Assembly (NCBI GenBank): GCA_963823225.1
Contig: CAWGKM010000003.1
Location: 1,584,274-1,648,273, forward strand
Length of the DNA stretch: 64,000 nucleotides
Source of the DNA: an uncultured Alphaproteobacteria bacterium
GTDB lineage: Bacteria > Pseudomonadota > Alphaproteobacteria > Rhizobiales > Xanthobacteraceae
Reading direction: 5' to 3'
In this document: positions 57,432 to 64,000 of the stretch, in pieces
Layout of the letters: every line of letters begins with the position of its first letter
Numbering within the stretch: the first letter of the stretch is position 1
Made by a program: the position numbers and the translations under genes
The notes under the pieces: generated by a model
The model's input: only the letters and a program-made list of their open reading frames with translations
Database searches by the model: none
Told to the model about the DNA's origin: nothing

Positions 57432-57953
57432 CTACAATCCGGCCTCGCGGATCGGCGGCTGGAAGGCAAGCCCGGTGTCCCAGGGAAAGTAGATCCAGGT
57501 ATCCTGCGACACCTCGGTGATGAACGTGTCGACCAGGGGCCGGCCCATCGGCTTGGCATAGACCGCCGCGAAATGGGCGCGCGGCAGCAGCGCCCGCACC
57601 ACCTTCGCGGTCTGACCGGTATCGACGAGATCGTCGACGATCAGCACGCCGGCGCCCTCCCCGCCGCCGCGGGCGACGATCGAGGCGGCGACGTCCTTGA
57701 GCACCTTCAAATCGCCCTGGCTGGTATGGCTGTAACTGGCCACGCACACCGTTTCGATCAGCCGGATACCGAGTTCGCGCGCCACGATTGCTGCCGGCAC
57801 CAGCCCGCCGCGGGTGATGCAGACAATCGCCTCGAACGGCCCGGCGTCACTGAGCCGCCAAGCGAGCGCTCGGGAATCGCGATGAAACTGGTCCCATGAA
57901 ACCGGGAAGATTTTTTCCGGGCTCGGCGGCTTGTCCGGTTCGGGCTGCGGCAT
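57432..57953 (-). CDS. gpt: Xanthine-guanine phosphoribosyltransferase
   Basis: [19 protein letters not shown]...[17 protein letters not shown]...[13 protein letters not shown]...WIYFPWD. Confidence 0.85.
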   Translation of the reverse strand: MPQPEPDKPPSPEKIFPVSWDQFHRDSRALAWRLSDAGPFEAIVCITRGGLVPAAIVARELGIRLIETVCVASYSHTSQGDLKVLKDVAASIVARGGGEGAGVLIVDDLVDTGQTAKVVRALLPRAHFAAVYAKPMGRPLVDTFITEVSQDTWIYFPWDTGLAFQPPIREAGL

Positions 57954-57966
57954 CCGATCTTGTCTT

Positions 57967-59415
57967 TCACGGAATCTCGTAAACTATCGTCTCGTCCGCG
58001 ATGCCGCGCAACGCAGCGCGCTGCATGGTCGGCTGCAGCCCCGAGCTTTCGAGGATTTTTACCGCCTTTGGATCGTCGACCACCGACTGAGTGACGTAGA
58101 TGGCGCGCGAGGAGGCGAGGCTCTGCACGCGCGCCGCCATGTTCACGGTCTGACCGAAATAATCCTGACTGTTGTTGAGCGTCACCGCGAGGCACGGACC
58201 CTCGTGGATGCCGATTTTAAGGAGCAAGTCCTCGTTGTTTCGCTCGGCATTGATGCGCGCCATTTCCTCGCGCATGCGCAACGCCGCGGCAAGCGCCCGG
58301 TCGGGCGTCTGGAACGTCGCCATCACCGCGTCGCCGATGGTCTTGACCACCGCGCCGGCCTCCGCCGCCACGATTTCGTTAAGGACGCCAAAATGCTGGC
58401 GCACCAGATCGTAGGCCACGAGGTCGCCGACGCGTTCGTAGAGCGCGGTCGAGCCCTTCAGATCGGTGAACAGGAACGTCAAGCTCGTGATCTTGAGCCG
58501 TTGATCGGGATCGAGCGTGTCGGTCTGATAGATGTCGCGGAAAGTCTGATTGGTGAGAAGGCGCTTGGCCGTGAGGAAGGGCTTGCGCCTGCCAAGCAGA
58601 TGATGCAGCGCGTCGCCGGCGATCCACAGCGCCGGCAGCACGCGGCGGTCGGTGCGGTTCTCAAGCGACAGCCGCAGCGGCCCCGGCCGCAGCGCGACGG
58701 CGGCGCCGCCCGGCGCCCTGACTTTGTTGAAGACCATCGACAGCGATTGCCGTTCGCGCGTCGGCTCGCCTTTCACCTCGACGATTTGCCTGCCGTGCGT
58801 CACCGGATCGAATACGATGACGAAGCCAGCGGACAGCTGCACCGATAGCACCGCCTTTTCACCCGCCGGAACTTCGATCAATTCGATCGTAAACTCGGCG
58901 AGAGTGTCCGCCAAATTTTCCGGCAGGTCGGCGCCCGAACTCCAGAAAATCTGACGGTAATATTCCACTTCCGGCAATGAATCCGGATCGTGGCCGGCGA
59001 TGCGGCGCACGCGCGGGCTCACGGTGAAGGTGACCTCGACCATTTCGTCGAGGGTGGGCTTGTAATCCGTCGCACACAGCGTGCAGGCGTATTCGTCGTG
59101 ATTGACGGTCTTGAGCGTCGCGCCCGCATCAAGGACCCCGCCGCAGGCGGGGCAAAGCACATTCCACGACAGTTCGAACAGGCCGAGCCGAGCCGCATGC
59201 AGGAACGCGGCGATGGTGCGCTCTTCGTCGAGACCGTTCTTGGCGGCAAAATCGAGCGCGTTGACGCGGCACAGTTCGCGATCGGGCGCGTTGGCAACCG
59301 CGCGCTCGATTGCCGCGACGCAATCGGCGGCCGCCGATTGCCGCAGCACACCGAACAGAGCTTCGGTTTCGCTCACCGCCGAACAACCCCGTTTTCGCAA
59401 TATCGTGCGCAGCAA
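57967..59415 (-). CDS. Adenylate/guanylate cyclase with an N-terminal Cys-rich sensor-like domain
   Basis: C-terminal class III cyclase domain ([20 protein letters not shown]...[11 protein letters not shown]...IGIHEGP). Confidence 0.85.
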   Translation of the reverse strand: MLRTILRKRGCSAVSETEALFGVLRQSAAADCVAAIERAVANAPDRELCRVNALDFAAKNGLDEERTIAAFLHAARLGLFELSWNVLCPACGGVLDAGATLKTVNHDEYACTLCATDYKPTLDEMVEVTFTVSPRVRRIAGHDPDSLPEVEYYRQIFWSSGADLPENLADTLAEFTIELIEVPAGEKAVLSVQLSAGFVIVFDPVTHGRQIVEVKGEPTRERQSLSMVFNKVRAPGGAAVALRPGPLRLSLENRTDRRVLPALWIAGDALHHLLGRRKPFLTAKRLLTNQTFRDIYQTDTLDPDQRLKITSLTFLFTDLKGSTALYERVGDLVAYDLVRQHFGVLNEIVAAEAGAVVKTIGDAVMATFQTPDRALAAALRMREEMARINAERNNEDLLLKIGIHEGPCLAVTLNNSQDYFGQTVNMAARVQSLASSRAIYVTQSVVDDPKAVKILESSGLQPTMQRAALRGIADETIVYEIP

Positions 59416-59477
59416 ACGTAAGCATCAGCGCGCGCCGCGACAAGGCGCATCGCCGTGAACAGGCCGTGCCGCAGTCC

Positions 59478-60323
59478 TCACAGCGAATTGATCCACTCGA
59501 CTACTTGTTTGCGGGCGATTAGCGGCGTCGTCAGATGGCCGGCGAAGACTTCGATATATTTGCTCTTCGGATTCTTGGCCGCGGCATCGAACGCGTATTC
59601 GGGGCCGCGGCGATCGATCGGGTCGAGCTTGCCGGCGACCCAGAGCAGCGGCACCGGATGCGCCGCCGCTCCCATGGCCGCGGCATTTTTCGGGATTACC
59701 GCCGGGCCGTCGGGATCGAACATGCTCAGATAGACAATGGGAGTCGCGGTCGCGAGCAGCGGGATGCCCTGCGCCATATCGGGAAACGTTTGCGGCACGT
59801 TGCCCCGGCCCGCCGCGATCAAGGCTTTGGCGCGCGCCACCGCGCCGGCCACGAAACTGCGCATGCGCCCAGCTTCCGGCAAATGCCCGGGCGCAAGCGC
59901 CACGACGCCGGCGAGATCGGGATGCCGCGCGGCATAGCCGATCGCGGCATTGGCGCCGAGCGAGTGGCCGATGACGACGATGCGGCTTGCACCCTTGGCT
60001 TGCAGTCCGGCGACGACCGTGTCGATCTCGGCCATCGCCTGGTCGTAAGTGGCGGCGTAACGGCGGCGGAACGACCACGGCATTTCCGGCGTCGCTATCA
60101 GCGCCCCTTCGTCTTGCAGCGCATCCAAAATTCCGCCGTCGAGCCCGCCCGGCCAACCGGCTTTGCCGTGCAGATAAACGATGCCGAAACCCTGCAGCTG
60201 CGCCGGCGGCGCCGCCGCCGCCGCACCGCAAACGTTCGGCGCCAACGGCGCCGCGATAAACGCCGCAAGCGCGCGTACGAACACGCCTGCGAACACATGG
60301 GCGATGATCCGGCGCCGGTTCAT
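59478..60323 (-). CDS. Secreted alpha/beta-fold hydrolase
   Basis: Signal peptide and the GHSLGA nucleophile elbow. Confidence 0.7.
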   Translation of the reverse strand: MNRRRIIAHVFAGVFVRALAAFIAAPLAPNVCGAAAAAPPAQLQGFGIVYLHGKAGWPGGLDGGILDALQDEGALIATPEMPWSFRRRYAATYDQAMAEIDTVVAGLQAKGASRIVVIGHSLGANAAIGYAARHPDLAGVVALAPGHLPEAGRMRSFVAGAVARAKALIAAGRGNVPQTFPDMAQGIPLLATATPIVYLSMFDPDGPAVIPKNAAAMGAAAHPVPLLWVAGKLDPIDRRGPEYAFDAAAKNPKSKYIEVFAGHLTTPLIARKQVVEWINSL

Positions 60324-60392
60324 GCTTATGACTGTGACGCGCCACGATGGAGGAATGAAAAACGAATCACCGCCGCGATTGCGCCGCGGCGG

Positions 60393-61169
60393 TCAGGCTT
60401 TTGCAAGCTCAGCCTTGACGCGCTGCAACATCGCCTCGACCGCGGCTGTCGCAGCGGCGAGCTTTTGCGGGTCGCGCGAGCGCACCACGACATTGGTGTT
60501 GGCGGCGTTTTTTTCGTCCATGAACGGATAGGAGCCGATCACCACATCGGAATGTCTTTTTGCGATCTCGCCGAGCTCGGTGCCGATATCGCCTTCCCGG
60601 CAGTCGGCGCGCACCGATTGCGAAAGCATCCTGGCGCCGGTCTTGAGCCGAGGCGTGACGTAGTCGAGCATCGCCTGCATGACGCTCGGTATGCCCGCCA
60701 TCACGATGACATTGCCGATCCAAAAACCGGGCGCCGCCGATACTTTGTTGAGGACGAGCTCGGCGCCGGCCGGAACACGCGTCATCCGCATGCGCGCCTC
60801 ATTCATCACGCCGCCGGTTTGGGCGATACGCGCGCGCATGATCTCGACCGCGCGCGGGTGGTAATCGAGCGGCACGCCGAACGCCTTGGCGACGCAATCG
60901 GCAGTGATGTCGTCGTGGGTCGGGCCGATGCCGCCGGTCGTGAACAGGTAGGTGTAGCGCGCGCGCAGCGCATTCACGGCGGCGACGATTTCCGGCTCCT
61001 CGTCGGGGACGACGCGGACTTCCTTGAGATCGATACCGATGTCGGTCAGGTATTCGGCGATGTAGCCGATATTCTTGTCCTTGGTGCGGCCCGACAGGAT
61101 CTCGTCGCCGATAACAAGGACGGCGGCGGTGACGATCGCGCCATCGGTTTCAGCCGCGCCACTGGGCAT
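60393..61169 (-). CDS. CinA-like molybdopterin-binding (MoCF_BD) domain protein
   Basis: LVIGDEILSGRTKDKN...TTGGIGPTHDDIT. Confidence 0.8.
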   Translation of the reverse strand: MPSGAAETDGAIVTAAVLVIGDEILSGRTKDKNIGYIAEYLTDIGIDLKEVRVVPDEEPEIVAAVNALRARYTYLFTTGGIGPTHDDITADCVAKAFGVPLDYHPRAVEIMRARIAQTGGVMNEARMRMTRVPAGAELVLNKVSAAPGFWIGNVIVMAGIPSVMQAMLDYVTPRLKTGARMLSQSVRADCREGDIGTELGEIAKRHSDVVIGSYPFMDEKNAANTNVVVRSRDPQKLAAATAAVEAMLQRVKAELAKA

Positions 61170-61411
61170 GCCCCGATCTCCGTACTTCGCTTGCTCTAGC
61201 CCGGCTGCGATGGCGGCTCAAGCAGGTGGCAAGGAATGGTGGAGTTTTACACCGCGGGCGCCGCTGCGATGGTCAGACCGCCCAAAACGTGAGCAATAAT
61301 GGGGGAAAGGGCCAGCGCTCAGCCCATCTGCCGGCCCATCCGAATTGGCGCGAAGATTGCTACAAGTATCGGTACCGCAGGCGTTTGTGGTGGGAGCGGG
61401 CCGGGGTCGAG

Positions 61412-62821
61412 ATGTTTGACGAAATGCGAGGCAGCGGGGACACCGTGCGACCGGCCTATGCCGAACTGTCGCACTGGCTCGGCGAGGTCAAACCCGACGT
61501 GCTCGACTTCCGCCGGCGCGAGGCGGAGCTGGTGTTCCGGCGCATCGGCATTACCTTTGCGGTCTACGGCGACCCCGAGGCGCAGGAGCGCCTCATTCCG
61601 TTCGACGTCATTCCCCGCATCATCTCGGCGACGGAGTGGGACGCCGTGAAGCGCGGCCTCGAGCAGCGCGTCAAAGCCATCAATGCCTATATCAAGGACG
61701 TGTACGGCCGCCGCGAGATTTTAAAGGCGGGTATCGTGCCCGAGGAGCTGGTTTTTCAGAATCCGGTATTCCGCCCGGAGATGAACGGCCAAAAAGTGCC
61801 GTACGACATCTATGTGCACATCGCCGGCATCGACATCGTGCGGCTCGATGCCGACACCTTTTACGTGCTCGAGGACAACGCGCGCACGCCTTCCGGCGTC
61901 TCCTACATGCTGGAGAACCGCGAGATCATGCTGCGGCTGTTTCCCGAACTGTTCTCGCGCTACCGCGTCGCGCCGGTCGAGAATTACCCGGACGAGCTGC
62001 TCGACACGCTGAAATCCGTCGCGCCGCCGTCCGCGTCCGCCGAGCCGAACGTCGCGCTGTTGACGCCCGGCGTTTACAATTCCGCCTATTACGAACATTC
62101 GTTCCTGGCCGACAAGCTCGGCATAGAATTGGTCGAGGGCCGCGATCTCGTCGTCAAGGGCGACGTCGTCTACATGCGCACGACCGAAGGATTAAAGCGC
62201 GTCGACGTCATCTATCGCCGCATCGATGACGATTTTCTCGATCCGCTGGCGTTCCGCCCCGACAGCACGCTCGGCGTGCCGGGCCTGATGTCGGCCTATC
62301 AGGCCGGCACCGTCACGCTCGCCAATGCGGTAGGCACCGGGATCGCCGACGACAAGGCGGTCTATAGCTACATGCCCGAGATCGTAAAATTCTACCTTGG
62401 CGAAGCGCCGCTGTTGAAGAACGTGCCGACCTGGCGCTGCCGCGAGGACGAGCATTTGTCCTATGTGCTCGATCACATCGAGGAATTGGTGGTCAAGGAA
62501 GTCCACGGCTCCGGCGGCTACGGCATGCTGATCGGGCCGAAGGCGGACAAAGCGACGATCGCGGCGTTCCGCGTCAAACTCAAATCCGATCCGAGGAATT
62601 TCATCGCGCAACCGACGCTCGCGCTGTCGACTTGTCCGACTTGCGTCGATGACGGCATCGCACCGCGCCACGTCGATCTACGGCCGTTTGTGCTTTCGGG
62701 GCGCGACCGCATTCGCATCGTGCCCGGCGGGCTGACGCGCGTTGCGCTCAAGAAAGGTTCGCTCGTGGTCAATTCGAGTCAGGGCGGCGGTACCAAGGAT
62801 ACCTGGGTGCTGGACGGATGA
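61412..62821 (+). CDS. Circularly permuted type-2 ATP-grasp protein
   Basis: About 469 aa from MFDEMRGSGD. FDVIPRII..EW, VLEDNARTPSGVSYMLENR and VVKEVHGSGGYGMLIGP are typical of the family. Confidence 0.8.
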   Translation: MFDEMRGSGDTVRPAYAELSHWLGEVKPDVLDFRRREAELVFRRIGITFAVYGDPEAQERLIPFDVIPRIISATEWDAVKRGLEQRVKAINAYIKDVYGRREILKAGIVPEELVFQNPVFRPEMNGQKVPYDIYVHIAGIDIVRLDADTFYVLEDNARTPSGVSYMLENREIMLRLFPELFSRYRVAPVENYPDELLDTLKSVAPPSASAEPNVALLTPGVYNSAYYEHSFLADKLGIELVEGRDLVVKGDVVYMRTTEGLKRVDVIYRRIDDDFLDPLAFRPDSTLGVPGLMSAYQAGTVTLANAVGTGIADDKAVYSYMPEIVKFYLGEAPLLKNVPTWRCREDEHLSYVLDHIEELVVKEVHGSGGYGMLIGPKADKATIAAFRVKLKSDPRNFIAQPTLALSTCPTCVDDGIAPRHVDLRPFVLSGRDRIRIVPGGLTRVALKKGSLVVNSSQGGGTKDTWVLDG

Positions 62822-62830
62822 TATAGCCCG

Positions 62831-63772
62831 ATGCTTTCGCGCACCGCCGATAATCTTTTTTGGCTCGCCCGTTATGTCGAGCGCGCGGAATATATCGCCC
62901 ACGTACTCGACACGACGCTACGGCTCACCACGCTGCCGCTCGCCTATGTCGGCACCACCAATGAATGGGAATCCGCGGTCGCCACGGCCGGCTGCGCCAA
63001 TGCTTTTTTCACGACCTACACGGAGGCCAACGAGGAAACCGTCACGGAATTCCTCGCCTTTTCGACCGTTAATCCGTCTTCGATCCGCAGCTGCTTCGAA
63101 AGCGCCCGGCTCAACGCGCGCGCCGTGCGCACCGCGCTCACCATCGAAATGTGGGACGCCATCAACAGTGCCTGGCTCGAGCTCAAGAGATGGGGCAACG
63201 GTCCGAGTTCGCGCGAGGAGTTCGCGCGATTTCTCCGCTGGGTGTTGGGATCCTCGCTCCGCTTCGACGGATCGGCGTACCGGACCATGCTGCGCAACGA
63301 CGCCTACTGGTTCTCCCGGCTCGGCGTCTATATCGAGCGCGCCGACAACACCGCCCGCATTCTCGACGTGAAATATCATCTGCTGCTGCCCGCCGATGAG
63401 AAGATCGGCGGTCCGCTCGATTACTACCAGTGGTCGTCGATCCTGCGCACGGTTTCGGCGCTCACCGCCTATCACTGGGTTTATCGCGAGAACATCAAGC
63501 CGTGGCTGGTTGCCGATCTGCTCATCCTCAAGGATGAGATGCCGCGCTCGTTGGCGAACTGTTACGAAAACCTGGTGCAAAACCTCGATCGCATCGCCAA
63601 CGCCTATGGCCGCCAGGGGCCGGCACAGCGTCACGCCCGCACGGTGCGCGGCCGGCTCGAAAACTCCACAATCGAGGAGATTTTCCAGAACGGATTGCAC
63701 GAATTCATCGGCGAATTCGTCGAGGACAATAACCGCCTCGGAACGGCGGTCACGCAGCAGTATTTGCTGTGA
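62831..63772 (+). CDS. Alpha-E domain protein
   Basis: MLSRTADNLFWLARYVERAE...YIERADNTARILDVKYH is the alpha-E signature. Follows the ATP-grasp gene. Confidence 0.8.
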   Translation: MLSRTADNLFWLARYVERAEYIAHVLDTTLRLTTLPLAYVGTTNEWESAVATAGCANAFFTTYTEANEETVTEFLAFSTVNPSSIRSCFESARLNARAVRTALTIEMWDAINSAWLELKRWGNGPSSREEFARFLRWVLGSSLRFDGSAYRTMLRNDAYWFSRLGVYIERADNTARILDVKYHLLLPADEKIGGPLDYYQWSSILRTVSALTAYHWVYRENIKPWLVADLLILKDEMPRSLANCYENLVQNLDRIANAYGRQGPAQRHARTVRGRLENSTIEEIFQNGLHEFIGEFVEDNNRLGTAVTQQYLL

Positions 63773-63780
63773 CCAGGAAT

Positions 63781-63886
63781 TCAGTAATCAGGAGTCAGTA
63801 ATCAGAACGAGGACAAGGCAGCGTTACGTGAGCTATCCTTCCGGCGAACCTCGTCTGATTATTGATCACTGATTACCGATTACTGA
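63781..63886. repeat. Long imperfect inverted repeat built from TAATCAG/CTGATTA heptamers
   Basis: Left arm tcagtaatcaggagtcagtaatcagaacgagg. Right arm cctcgtctgattattgatcactgattaccgattactga. Confidence 0.7.
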
Positions 63887-63887
63887 C

Positions 63888-64000
63888 ATGCGCCTGCGCA
63901 TCGCCCATCGCAATGTCTATCGCTACGATCCACCGGCCGCGGGCGTGATCCAGGTGCTCCGCCTCACGCCACGCAACCATGAGGGCCAGTTCGTGGTGCG
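63888..64000 (+). CDS. Transglutaminase-family protein (Bact_transglu_N-like N-terminus), 3'-partial
   Basis: MRLRIAHRNVYRYDPPAAGVIQVLRLTPRNHEGQ. This is the usual third gene of the ATP-grasp/alpha-E operon. Confidence 0.7.
   Translation, partial: MRLRIAHRNVYRYDPPAAGVIQVLRLTPRNHEGQFVV

Overview
High-GC alphaproteobacterial chromosome segment. The gene content (DUF2336, DUF3551, DUF3126-cysE, Bug/TctC, PilZ proteins, many REP/RIME-like palindromes) suggests Hyphomicrobiales/Bradyrhizobiaceae-like, by inference only. Most of the window is ordinary housekeeping and metabolism: thrS, hisI, nadK, cutA, glnK-amtB, cysE, gpt, yidD, a copper cluster (csoR-like, copA, Spy-like), a HigB/HigA-type toxin-antitoxin pair, a permuted ATP-grasp/alpha-E/transglutaminase operon, and one tRNA-Thr. 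No CRISPR array, transposase or integrase was recognised. The strongest signal is at 54.96-56.30 kb. A tRNA-Leu(UAA) gene is split in its anticodon loop by a 1.24-kb insertion flanked by 9-bp direct repeats. The insertion carries a second, different tRNA-Leu(UAA) gene interrupted by a 204-nt group I intron (Azoarcus/Anabaena-like core), plus a compact pair of small ORFs. A comparable event sits at 17.9-18.85 kb. About 90 bp of the hisI 3' end is duplicated around a 754-bp non-coding insert. That insert holds a near-consensus sigma70 promoter followed by a roughly 400-nt GC-rich, helix-rich candidate ncRNA that I could not match to RNase P, tmRNA, SRP RNA or the riboswitches checked. Many conserved genes are broken by 1-nt frame changes (nadK, amtB, cysE, copA, an Hpt protein, hydrolases), with a dense cluster at 36.0-40.2 kb. 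Assembly indel error and real pseudogenisation cannot be told apart from the sequence. All family names come from reading the translations by eye; no database search was run.
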